64,000 bases of DNA, from positions 3,432-67,431 of IMG/VR virus record IMGVR_UViG_3300048029_000266; one strand, given 5' to 3'. Position numbers and translations under genes: made by a program. The first letter of the stretch is position 1, and the number at the start of each line of letters is the position of its first letter. Under the pieces are notes generated by a model. The model searched no databases. It was not told where the DNA came from and saw nothing but the letters and a program-made list of their open reading frames with translations. Source of the stretch: a virus. Shown piece after piece: positions 31,785-40,758 of the stretch.

Positions 31785-33605
31785 CTATCTAATTAATTTA
31801 GGCACACCGTTGTGGTCTAATTTATAATATTTAAATCCTATATTTTCAGGTTCTTTGCTTACAGTTTTGGCTTGGATTCTATAATTATCTACATTGTGTA
31901 TCAAACATAATCCAAATGCAATAGCACGGTCTGTGTTTCTAGTGCCGTAATTTGCAAGTTCATCTATAAGTTCTAAGAACCAAATATCTTCAACATTTTC
32001 TCTAATGTAATCATCCATTAAATCTTCCATTAGAGCCTTTACCTGCTTATTCATGTGAACGCCATACCTGTTTTTAGTTTTTGTTCCAGGATTATGAGCA
32101 GACTCAGGTTTTTCCTTTAAATACTTGAGCGCATTCATTCTTTTGAAATAATCAAGTATTCCAATCTTAGTATATTCTACTAACATTTTAGCATTATAAT
32201 ATACAGCTAATTTTAAACAACCATCCCAAAAATCTTCTTTTTTTGAAGGTCTATCTGTATACTCTGCAACCACATAATCACTTGCGTGTTCTGTGTCTAC
32301 AAATCTACGATAAATTATTGCACTACCCAAAGAGTCTGACGCACCTGCTTCATCTTGATCATAAGAGTCAATACCACCTATATCTAAATCTTTATAATCT
32401 GGCTCTGGATGATGTAATATTTTGTATGGCCCATCAGGATGTGGTCTCCATCTAACAATATAATTATCTTCATCATCAAACTCCCAATCTAAATATCCTT
32501 GCTGTATTTGACTTCTGTAGTCTTTATTGCCAAGTATTCTAGATCTTTGTGCATTTAACAATGAATTATCAAACCTTGCTGTTTTAGTATTTAAAAAAGC
32601 TTCTTGTACAGTTAAAGGATAGTTTTGTATATGCAGGTTATATGCTTCTCTATCACCAGACTTGGTTATAATATCTCTTTCTTCTAACAAAACCTCTTCT
32701 GCTTTTTTTACTTGCTCCTCACCTGTATCTACATTAAAATATCCATAGTACGCGCGCGATGCGGGTATGAACATAGGTATAAGATTATAAGCGTCAGCTT
32801 CGTAATACATGTCCATAAAATCTTTAGATGCTTTACTAATATCACCACCAGTACCACCCACAACAGGAACACCAAACTGTAAGTTACCATCCATAAAACA
32901 TGCTTTAGAAGACATATATGCATTTTTAAGATGTTTAAACTCACCAGCCTCTTCAAATACCATTAAGGATACACGCTCACCTTTAAACACCTCTGGATTA
33001 TCCATTGTTCTGCATATGATAGTAGATTGATAACCTCCAATCTCCCATTTACCATCTTTATTTTTTTGTTTGTATCCTGACCTTAATATACCGTCTGTAT
33101 CTTTTAGAAAAGAATGTTTAAAGTTAGGATGTATACCATTAAGTCCTTTTTTAGTTTTATCAAAAAAAGCATCTGCGGTAGCTTGTAATCCTGCTGCTAT
33201 ACCAACATCATTAAATGGATAAAAAGTGTATTCGTGAGCAATCATTCCTGAGTTCATATAACTAAAGCCTTTGTCCCTAGCTTTTATTACAATCATTCCT
33301 TTATTTTCTTCTTTGCAAGTTTCAAATAACTCAAAATATTCATGATCCATTTGTCTATACCATGGACTAATTAAAGTTTTACGAGATCCTGTAGTTCCGT
33401 CATTACCAAGTATCTTGTAGTAATTTAAATAGAAATAATATTTGCCAGATATTTTTTTCATGCCTTTAGGCTTATATCCATTTTTGCACCTGTCAAGCTC
33501 TTGCTCCCAATATTCTTGATAAGCTACAGATTCAGGATTTAAATCTGGATGACCATTATTCACTACAGGTCTGTATCTTTGTGGATCTTTTTTTGCTTTT
33601 GGCAT
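31785..33605 (-). CDS. terL: Terminase large subunit
   Basis: Walker A KARDKGFS, Walker B LMVFEEAG, coupling motif GGTGG, RNase H-like GGIDSYD and NTDRAIA. Confidence 0.92.
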   Translation of the reverse strand: MPKAKKDPQRYRPVVNNGHPDLNPESVAYQEYWEQELDRCKNGYKPKGMKKISGKYYFYLNYYKILGNDGTTGSRKTLISPWYRQMDHEYFELFETCKEENKGMIVIKARDKGFSYMNSGMIAHEYTFYPFNDVGIAAGLQATADAFFDKTKKGLNGIHPNFKHSFLKDTDGILRSGYKQKNKDGKWEIGGYQSTIICRTMDNPEVFKGERVSLMVFEEAGEFKHLKNAYMSSKACFMDGNLQFGVPVVGGTGGDISKASKDFMDMYYEADAYNLIPMFIPASRAYYGYFNVDTGEEQVKKAEEVLLEERDIITKSGDREAYNLHIQNYPLTVQEAFLNTKTARFDNSLLNAQRSRILGNKDYRSQIQQGYLDWEFDDEDNYIVRWRPHPDGPYKILHHPEPDYKDLDIGGIDSYDQDEAGASDSLGSAIIYRRFVDTEHASDYVVAEYTDRPSKKEDFWDGCLKLAVYYNAKMLVEYTKIGILDYFKRMNALKYLKEKPESAHNPGTKTKNRYGVHMNKQVKALMEDLMDDYIRENVEDIWFLELIDELANYGTRNTDRAIAFGLCLIHNVDNYRIQAKTVSKEPENIGFKYYKLDHNGVPKLIR

Positions 33606-33844
33606 TATATTAAACTAGTTAATATGTAATATACTATTAATGGAAATATTGTAGCTAATACATCCCATTTATCAAACATTCCGTAATCTAAATAATCATA
33701 TACTTCTTTTGATATACCAACAGCTAATACTGATAGAAAAACATCAGTTTGTGACATACCCATTTCAGTAAATATTAATGCAAATATAATACCTGCCGCA
33801 GCGTGTTTATATTTATCTTTTCCTATATTTTTAAAATAACTCAT
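33605..33844 (-). CDS. Small membrane protein (DKxxH-type, YfiM/VanZ-like)
   Basis: DKYKHAAAG...KEVYD...WDVLAT with hydrophobic segments. Confidence 0.55.
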   Translation of the reverse strand: MSYFKNIGKDKYKHAAAGIIFALIFTEMGMSQTDVFLSVLAVGISKEVYDYLDYGMFDKWDVLATIFPLIVYYILTSLI

Positions 33845-33855
33845 ATTCTATTAAT

Positions 33856-36615
33856 TTATGGCGTTGTTCCATGCTCTGCACTAGTTCCACCTAAGAAGGT
33901 TGACCAATCATATTCTATTACTGCTGTTACCCAAAAAAATCTATTAGCGTTTTGCAAATCAACAGATTGCTGTATTGATAGTGCCATTTTATCTGTAGAC
34001 TCAAAATGTTTTGCATTATCAAAAGCAAAGTGAAATACATGGTGGTCGTCATCTGCTGAAGCTGATATAGTTTCAGTTTCTTCTATAGTCCAAGCGTTAG
34101 TATATGATTGTCCACAAGGCGATGTTTCAATACCAACTGTTATATCACTTGCTGCTCCGTGCATCTGAGCGTAGTGTACCGTTACAGATACAACTCTACC
34201 GTCTGCTGGCATAACCATAGCTGCTTCTTCCTGATAGTTAACCGTCTGCTCATTAGCTGTTACAAACGGCATAAAATGTTTAGCTGTACCTAAATCATCT
34301 ACAAAGTTCATTGGAAATACTTGTATTTGTTTTTGTAAACTACCTCCAATATCTAAATTACCGCTTAACTTTATATTACCAGCAACATGTAGTTTTTCAG
34401 ATGGAGCAGTAGTACCAATACCGACGTTTCCATCTTGATTAATAGTAAATTTAGTAGATTCATTAGAACCATCCGCGTCTCTAAACCCTAGGTGTATCTT
34501 CTTGTTATCAGAAGTGTCTGAGTCTACTGTAAGTTTTAATACATGATCTCCTGTTGTTTCATCTTGTCTGTGATATATTCTAGCTGTCCTATCTTCAACG
34601 TCAAAGTTTATGCTTTCTTGCGCTTGTCTACCAATAGATAATCTTGGATTTGCTGTAGCATCAACTTTATATATTTGTACTTTTTCACTAAATTTGTTTG
34701 CTACAGCACTACCATCAATTCTAAAATATTCTGCGATACCTCCAGAACCGTTGTCAGACCTAAGTATAATATCAGAGTCATCAACTAGTTGGTCAATATA
34801 TAAATTACCTGAACTAACTTGTCTTATGTAGCTATTACTGCCATCGTGATACATGTGTAAGTCACCAAAGTTACCAAGCTTTAAACCAACGCTATCATTA
34901 AGTCTAACTTCTTTACTAAACAATACTAGTTCGTCACCACCATCAACTCTAAAGTATTCTGCTACACCACCTGAACCGTCGTCTGACCTAAATATAATGT
35001 CTCCGTCGTCTTGTAATGTTTGTATATAAAACGTTCCAGAGTTGTTAGTTATATAACCGTCGGCTGAGTGAAGTATTTCTAAGTCATCACTATCACCTAA
35101 CTTTATTCTATCACCATCTCCAACTTTTATATTACCAGCAACTTCTAGCTTTTCGCTTGGTGTTTCTGTTCCTATACCAACATTACCTTCATGAGTAAAC
35201 CTAACTTTTTCAATTAATGCTCCCGCGCTTGTACCATTAGCAAAATCGATAGTTATATCTCCAGAAGTACTACCACCTGTACTGTCTAATACACCAAAAA
35301 TACCACCAATAGAATATTCATTATATCCACCAAACTGCATACCATATTTTTCACTCGTAGCATTACCTGTTCCATTTAAAAATAATCCAGTATGAGCATC
35401 TGTAGAACTATTTGTTATTCTTGTTGGTTGATTTGTATCACCAGGGTCGCTTTTAATTGTAAGTTTAGCTTCTGGACCAGTTGTTCCTATACCGACGTTG
35501 CCGTCTTTTTCTATAAATATACCCTTGTTGTCGTAGACATACTTACCTATTCTTAACCCCTCAAACGAGTCGTTGTCAAATTCACCAGTAATTCCGTATT
35601 GGTCTGACGCGTCTGAATTTTGAATTAAATAACCTCTAGCCCAAGACCCAGTATAACTGCCGTAATAAACATGAAAGTTTGAACTTGATAATCTTACACC
35701 GCCTCCATTAACATCTAGCTTATATGCTGGACTCGTAGTTCCAATACCTAGTCCAGTATCTGTTAACCGCATCCTTTCAGACGTCGCAATTCTGAATGAT
35801 ATTTTTCCACTAGTTGTATCGACACCGCCGCTTAACTGCAACATGTTTGATAAAGCGACTATTTGTACGGGAGTAGTGTCACCGTAATTCATAGTAAACT
35901 TGCCATAAGGAAAAGTTTCTGAATTACCGTTTATTATTTGAGCAAAGGTTTTGGGTGTTGAAGTAGTAAGCGTAATACCATCTCCCACACCATTAGTTCT
36001 TATGTCTAACCTTTTACCTGGACTAGTTGTGCCAATACCGACGTTTCCGTTAGCTAAAAATTTTACAGTATCAGTACCGTTTGGCATAAATCTTATACCA
36101 TCGCTGTTACTTCTTAATCTTAATCCAGTTGAAATATCAATATAGTTAGATGTATTAGCTACATAATACGTATCTGCTATCATATTGCCATTTACATCTA
36201 GTTTTTGACTAGGACTAGTTGTTCCAATACCTACTTTATTATTACTAATTGATATATTGCTAATAAAAGTAGCTAAATCACTTGCGTTTCTAGCAATATT
36301 AGTAGAATTTAAATTTATAGCATCTACTTGAGCTTGTGTTGCACCAATTATATCGTCTGAATTGTTAGCAGCAGATAAAACTAGCATAGTAAGTATAGCT
36401 TTAAGACTATCTAAATCTACATCTTTGTCGTATTTAAGTTTTCTACCAGCGTGATATGTATTCTGAAATAATTCTTCAATTGAGTCTAAAAGTTCGGCTC
36501 TTGTTCTTTTATCATCATTATCTAATTCAACTTTAGCTAATGTAACTTTGGGAACCTTAATCCTTCTTTTTTCTCGTACTTGCGAATTTTTATAATCTTC
36601 TTTACCTACCGCCAT
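33856..36615 (-). CDS. Tail/head fibre protein with GNVGIGT repeats (919 aa)
   Basis: Six G(N/K/L)(V)GIGT repeats; tandem IIxRSDxGSGGxAEYFRxDG repeats. Confidence 0.75.
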   Translation of the reverse strand: MAVGKEDYKNSQVREKRRIKVPKVTLAKVELDNDDKRTRAELLDSIEELFQNTYHAGRKLKYDKDVDLDSLKAILTMLVLSAANNSDDIIGATQAQVDAINLNSTNIARNASDLATFISNISISNNKVGIGTTSPSQKLDVNGNMIADTYYVANTSNYIDISTGLRLRSNSDGIRFMPNGTDTVKFLANGNVGIGTTSPGKRLDIRTNGVGDGITLTTSTPKTFAQIINGNSETFPYGKFTMNYGDTTPVQIVALSNMLQLSGGVDTTSGKISFRIATSERMRLTDTGLGIGTTSPAYKLDVNGGGVRLSSSNFHVYYGSYTGSWARGYLIQNSDASDQYGITGEFDNDSFEGLRIGKYVYDNKGIFIEKDGNVGIGTTGPEAKLTIKSDPGDTNQPTRITNSSTDAHTGLFLNGTGNATSEKYGMQFGGYNEYSIGGIFGVLDSTGGSTSGDITIDFANGTSAGALIEKVRFTHEGNVGIGTETPSEKLEVAGNIKVGDGDRIKLGDSDDLEILHSADGYITNNSGTFYIQTLQDDGDIIFRSDDGSGGVAEYFRVDGGDELVLFSKEVRLNDSVGLKLGNFGDLHMYHDGSNSYIRQVSSGNLYIDQLVDDSDIILRSDNGSGGIAEYFRIDGSAVANKFSEKVQIYKVDATANPRLSIGRQAQESINFDVEDRTARIYHRQDETTGDHVLKLTVDSDTSDNKKIHLGFRDADGSNESTKFTINQDGNVGIGTTAPSEKLHVAGNIKLSGNLDIGGSLQKQIQVFPMNFVDDLGTAKHFMPFVTANEQTVNYQEEAAMVMPADGRVVSVTVHYAQMHGAASDITVGIETSPCGQSYTNAWTIEETETISASADDDHHVFHFAFDNAKHFESTDKMALSIQQSVDLQNANRFFWVTAVIEYDWSTFLGGTSAEHGTTP

Positions 36616-36844
36616 ACTTAATCTTTTTAAAACCAGACATTTTTCCTAAGCCAAATGGATCTCTTGGATCTTGTTTAGCTTCTAATTTAGCATGGTACTC
36701 TTCGTCTAAATTAACTCCATGTATAGATTCAGTATATTTACTAAGTTGTTTAGCCTTAGAAAAGTCCCCCTCCTTCATAAACTTATTAAACCTATATTTA
36801 AGATTTTGTAATTTAGGTTTTTTAGTCATGCTGTATACGACCAC
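36602..36844 (-). CDS. Small basic hypothetical protein
   Basis: ORF in operon with overlapping neighbours; start uncertain. Confidence 0.5.
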   Translation of the reverse strand: MVVYSMTKKPKLQNLKYRFNKFMKEGDFSKAKQLSKYTESIHGVNLDEEYHAKLEAKQDPRDPFGLGKMSGFKKIKYGGR

Positions 36845-37145
36845 CGCCAGGATAGTTCATCTTACCACCCTTCATCATTTTCTTTTTGCGTTTTGGTTTC
36901 TTTGTGCCAAACTTAGCTTCAATTGCACCTGAAAAACGATTCATCATTTCATTCTTTTTTTCACTTACCTTTTGAAAAGAACCACCATACATAAACTCTT
37001 TGTCTGATTTAGACATTTTTCCACCATAAGCCATATAGCCCATTTTGTTTCTAACGTCTGTTGGTAATTTTGCTAATCCTGGATTTTTTTTAGAATCAAC
37101 TGGTTTTAGTTTACCACCTTTTTTCATTTTCTTTTTTCCGTACAT
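36822..37145 (-). CDS. Small Lys/Met-rich protein with repeated xxxGG motifs, ending QHD
   Basis: MKKGG, MAYGG, FMYGG, MMKGG, YPGGGRIQHD; NPGLAKLPTDVRNKMGY. Confidence 0.7.
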   Translation of the reverse strand: MYGKKKMKKGGKLKPVDSKKNPGLAKLPTDVRNKMGYMAYGGKMSKSDKEFMYGGSFQKVSEKKNEMMNRFSGAIEAKFGTKKPKRKKKMMKGGKMNYPGGGRIQHD

Positions 37146-37150
37146 ATTAA

Positions 37151-37684
37151 TTAAATATTTTCATTCATTTCTTTTTTATTTTCCAAGAAAGATAACTTTT
37201 TGTCTCCTACAATCTTTTGACGCTCACCACGTCTTTCAATTGCATCAACAAGCGTTTGTCTTGTCTTGTATATCTTTTCGATCCCTATCATTATCTTTTG
37301 TAGACCTTCAGCTGTATCTTCATCTATATGCATGTTGTTCATATAGGTGGTAAACTGACTAATCTTCGTATTAAAAGCAATTAGCTGTTCGTCTAACGGA
37401 TCAAACTGTAATTGTTTGTATTTATCAATAGCAGCCAATACCTCTGGTCTTTTTTCACCATACCACTCGTACTTACCATACAAGTCTTTATTGACAGCTT
37501 TTTTTCTTTCAGATTCAGTAAAATGTCTGTAAGGACTATCGTAGTCACAAACAAGAGCTATCCACTTCATTGCTGTTGCTCCTAGCTTTTCAGCCTTTAT
37601 AACTTTGACAAACTCTGGAATAGCCATAACTCCATCGTCTTGTTTTACTATGTCCCCCTGTTTATCTAACTTTAATAGATACAT
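37151..37684 (-). CDS. Conserved crAss-like protein upstream of terminase (possible small terminase); start revised to MYLLK
   Basis: DYDSPY motif; TATTTTTG promoter box directly before ATG 37684; position upstream of TerL. Confidence 0.5.
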   Translation of the reverse strand: MYLLKLDKQGDIVKQDDGVMAIPEFVKVIKAEKLGATAMKWIALVCDYDSPYRHFTESERKKAVNKDLYGKYEWYGEKRPEVLAAIDKYKQLQFDPLDEQLIAFNTKISQFTTYMNNMHIDEDTAEGLQKIMIGIEKIYKTRQTLVDAIERRGERQKIVGDKKLSFLENKKEMNENI

Positions 37685-37698
37685 TTTACAAAAATATA

Positions 37699-37980
37699 CT
37701 ATTCTCCTTGATATTGCAAATCGTAACGAACACACCAAATAAACTCAGGCCCCGCTGGTTCGCTAAAACCTCTCCAGTCTTGTAAAAGTAAATAAGACTC
37801 ATTTTCTATAGAGCTATAGGTTTGTTTCAATATAACAAAAGATAAGCTAGTTATTTCTTCTATAAGAGAATCTTCATCATTTATTAGACTATCCATGTGA
37901 TGATAATATTTCTCCATCACAAATATGTCGTCATTTATTACCCAAACGCTCCCGTGACTATTTGAATATTTATTTATCAT
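37699..37980 (-). CDS. Hypothetical protein (93 aa)
   Basis: ORF preceded by a TATATTTG box at 37985-37992. Confidence 0.6.
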   Translation of the reverse strand: MINKYSNSHGSVWVINDDIFVMEKYYHHMDSLINDEDSLIEEITSLSFVILKQTYSSIENESYLLLQDWRGFSEPAGPEFIWCVRYDLQYQGE

Positions 37981-38065
37981 ATAACAAATATAGCAGTATA
38001 AAAACTAAATAACGCGAAGCGTTCGATTTTTTTCATACCAAAATCAAAGATTTTAATATTCAAAA

Positions 38066-38359
38066 TCAAATCATATACGGATTATTACCGTATGTCTCTT
38101 TAAACAAATAGGGATTAAAGGCCTGGTTAGGCATTTGCTGTAGCCTCATAATTACAGAAGGATCTACAAAGTTACCTCTTTGCGCAACATTTATTGGCAT
38201 TTGACGATTAGGTAGATTAGGACTAGAAGCATTGGCTTGCATCATTTGATTTCTAGCTACCATTGGATTAGCTTGTTTAACGTCTGGCTGTATTTCTTGC
38301 GGTTTTTCGTAAATATTACCAGCCTTAGCTTTTTGTAGTGTGTTGTATATATTCGACAT
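38066..38359 (-). CDS. Gln/Asn/Pro-rich hypothetical protein
   Basis: Coupled ORF (TAATG overlap). Confidence 0.55.
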   Translation of the reverse strand: MSNIYNTLQKAKAGNIYEKPQEIQPDVKQANPMVARNQMMQANASSPNLPNRQMPINVAQRGNFVDPSVIMRLQQMPNQAFNPYLFKETYGNNPYMI

Positions 38360-38967
38360 TACCTTACGTATTTATTATATCCTTGCATAAACCTTTTGTA
38401 TGAGGTGTTATCGTCTTGATATTGCTTCATGCCTGTCATATTATAATGATCCTTATAGTAGTTATACAGCCCCATAGGTGTATTTTCTGGCAAAGGAGCT
38501 GGAGAAAGACCATACACCTGTCTAGCGACAGCTACAGAAGCTAAAGGATCATCTTGTTTAAGCAACATGTTTAACCCATAAGCATCGCTAGGTAATCCTA
38601 ATTCATTATACCTTACCTTATACTTATCTCTTGTATCGCTCTTTTGTTGAAATAAAGTTTGAAAAGCATCATTATCTATTGACATAGGAGAAGCAGTATA
38701 TGTTCTACCATAAGCACTCAAGTCATGCCCCATACTATTCTCCATAAATGCTGTCATAGTAAGCAAATTGTCTAGTACCTCTCGCGAACCTTCACTTTCA
38801 TACGAAACAACCTTATCTATAGCATTCTCTAAATTCTGCTGATTACTTAACTTAACATTGTTATTCTGTGCTGGTACAAGTATAGACTGAACTAAGTCGT
38901 GCATATACTTATTAGCATCTTGTACTGAATTAACTCTGTATGGATTATGTTTAGGTGTATGTGGCAT
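38359..38967 (-). CDS. Lysozyme-like / transglycosylase-fold protein
   Basis: LLTMTAFMENSMG...ASVAVARQVY...PLP...YYKDHYN pattern of a phage lysozyme-superfamily group. Confidence 0.5.
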   Translation of the reverse strand: MPHTPKHNPYRVNSVQDANKYMHDLVQSILVPAQNNNVKLSNQQNLENAIDKVVSYESEGSREVLDNLLTMTAFMENSMGHDLSAYGRTYTASPMSIDNDAFQTLFQQKSDTRDKYKVRYNELGLPSDAYGLNMLLKQDDPLASVAVARQVYGLSPAPLPENTPMGLYNYYKDHYNMTGMKQYQDDNTSYKRFMQGYNKYVR

Positions 38968-38970
38968 TGT

Positions 38971-39378
38971 TTAATATTTAGGACCTATGTTTGAATAATT
39001 GTAAGGCACATTAGGAATATCAAAATTAATATCTTCAACAGCACCTGACAAAGGATTTTTTCCTTGCTTATGTAATTTATATAGTATTTTAGGTATTTGT
39101 TTTAATTGTTGATTAATCTTTGAATCATAAACTTTCCTTAAAAATCGCCTTTTTATAGATCTAGATGTTTGCGGATGCAAATTTTTGTAAGTCATAAATC
39201 TTTTAGCGTTGAATAACAAAGGAGTACCTATATATTCTAAAGATCCAGAACCACCAATAACCATATTATCTAACTCTTGTTGACTCATTGCTCTAGTTGT
39301 GTAATCATGTATTGATGCCTCTGGTAAAGTATATGGACCATAGGTTTTATCATCATCTGTATAAAGAGCTTTGTTCAT
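38971..39378 (-). CDS. Hypothetical protein, first gene of the leftward unit
   Basis: ORF preceded by a TACATTTG box at 39383-39390. Confidence 0.6.
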   Translation of the reverse strand: MNKALYTDDDKTYGPYTLPEASIHDYTTRAMSQQELDNMVIGGSGSLEYIGTPLLFNAKRFMTYKNLHPQTSRSIKRRFLRKVYDSKINQQLKQIPKILYKLHKQGKNPLSGAVEDINFDIPNVPYNYSNIGPKY

Positions 39379-39564
39379 AATGCAAATGTACTAAAAATTA
39401 TGTGTATTTGTAGAGAAGGGATGCTTTATGCTAAATACCCCCTCCCCTGTCCTATATTTTTTTACACCCCGTGTAACATATATTGGATTATGTCAGTATT
39501 TTGCGTAATACCTGCACGCATTCTACTGTTCTCTTAATTATAGCAGGTTAATACTTATATTACA
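39379..39564. promoter_or_regulatory. Divergent strand-switch region (late leftward / early rightward)
   Basis: Non-coding; leftward -7 box at 39383-39390, C-tract ACCCCCTCCCC, hairpin TTACAC-CCC-GTGTAA at 39462-39476. Confidence 0.55.
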
Positions 39565-39858
39565 ATGGGATTATTTAAATCACTAACAAATTTAGCTGTG
39601 TCAACAGTACAATTAGCTAAAGAAGACAAACAGTTTCGTAAAGATGTACTGTTAAGTCCTGTGCACATACCAATTGCTGCACATAAAATCTTCTTTGACA
39701 AGCTAGATGAAGCTACTGGCTCTAAAAGAGCTTGTAAAAATGTAGCTTACAAAGTAGTTGATGTCATTACTCAGCATGAGTTAAGACAACAGGCAGAGAC
39801 TCTATACCCAGACATTAAGTTCGATAAAGACATTAAATTCCATAGTGTAGAACTTTAA
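39565..39858 (+). CDS. Early hypothetical protein
   Basis: First rightward ORF. Confidence 0.65.
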   Translation: MGLFKSLTNLAVSTVQLAKEDKQFRKDVLLSPVHIPIAAHKIFFDKLDEATGSKRACKNVAYKVVDVITQHELRQQAETLYPDIKFDKDIKFHSVEL

Positions 39859-40008
39859 CAGTCTGATTATCAATTAGTTAAGCGGTAACACCTTGAAATT
39901 GTGCGCTATAGTGTTAAACTAATTTATTTAAGTAATCAAGATGGTTAGCTTTGTTACTGTATTAGTTTGTTATTCTATTATTTAATAAGTAACATTCCAA
40001 TATGGCCT

Positions 40009-40040
40009 CAAAGTTAGCCGTTTTTTTTTACAAAGTCAAG
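40009..40040 (-). promoter_or_regulatory. Bacteroidota sigma70-type promoter firing antisense to the early region
   Basis: Minus strand TTG-N20-TAACTTTG (-33/-7 consensus TTTG...TAnnTTTG). Confidence 0.6.
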
Positions 40041-40043
40041 TCC

Positions 40044-40098
40044 TTTCTGTCCACAAATGAGTATTTGTGCTGATGAGTTCAAAAGAACGAAACAGAAA
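40044..40098 (+). ncRNA. Type III hammerhead ribozyme
   Basis: TTTCTGT-C^-CACAAAT[GAGT]ATTTGTG-CTGATGA-GTTC[AAAA]GAAC-GAA-ACAGAAA: complete core (CUGAUGA, GAAA, GUC cleavage triplet) with perfect stems I (7 bp), II (4 bp) and III (7 bp); intergenic. Confidence 0.93.
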
Positions 40099-40150
40099 TA
40101 AGCCCAAACACGGTTCGGCCATCGACAATAGATGTTAGCGTGTAATAACT

Positions 40151-40417
40151 ATGAGACCAAGAGTTTCAAAATCTAAATTAATTACTAAAGCTTTCCCAAG
40201 TATACATAAGTATGCGAAAGCGCACACAAAAACTGCTGAAGAGATAATGCAGGATTGTATGGATAGAGTCAAGCACTTGAATCCAGACGAGACATTGCGT
40301 GCAAGGTACATTACCAAGTTTATTACAAAGAACTTTGGTAACAATATTAAAGTATGCAATGCTCTGAAGCAAAAGTATGTTCCTAAAAGAAAGTTTAACC
40401 CAATAACTGTATTATAA
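40151..40417 (+). CDS. Early hypothetical protein (basic)
   Basis: ORF with AACTATG start context. Confidence 0.65.
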   Translation: MRPRVSKSKLITKAFPSIHKYAKAHTKTAEEIMQDCMDRVKHLNPDETLRARYITKFITKNFGNNIKVCNALKQKYVPKRKFNPITVL

Positions 40418-40419
40418 TT

Positions 40420-40701
40420 ATGAAACAGAATCAGTTCACAGCAAAGTATATCAAGGCATATACTAAGCCAAACGGTAAGAATATAATTCGATTCTCTGAC
40501 GAGAATGGTAATCAACGAATTATTATACTTAATAAAACAGAAAAGGCAGAGCTGCCTAAGTTACACCATTGGTATAACTGGAGCAACATCTGCAAAATGA
40601 AGAACGTTACGGATAATTTCCGTGCGTTCCTCAGTAATAACTGTAGCTTCAAAAAGATTGATGGCTATACTAATGTAACATATATTATGAGTTTAAAATA
40701 A
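40420..40701 (+). CDS. Early hypothetical protein
   Basis: Tightly packed ORF. Confidence 0.65.
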   Translation: MKQNQFTAKYIKAYTKPNGKNIIRFSDENGNQRIIILNKTEKAELPKLHHWYNWSNICKMKNVTDNFRAFLSNNCSFKKIDGYTNVTYIMSLK

Positions 40702-40758
40702 TTAACCAACACTCTAAAAACAAGGAACCCTTGAGTGTTTTTAATAGGGAATATAATT

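Noticed and set aside
10899-37353. Short plus-strand and off-frame ORFs inside the structural operon
   Set aside because: Fully nested within or antisense to long coupled genes; composition typical of shadow frames
39490-39550. Twister, pistol or HDV-like ribozyme, or SAM riboswitch, in the strand-switch region
   Set aside because: Complementary segments exist but the conserved core nucleotides of those families were not found
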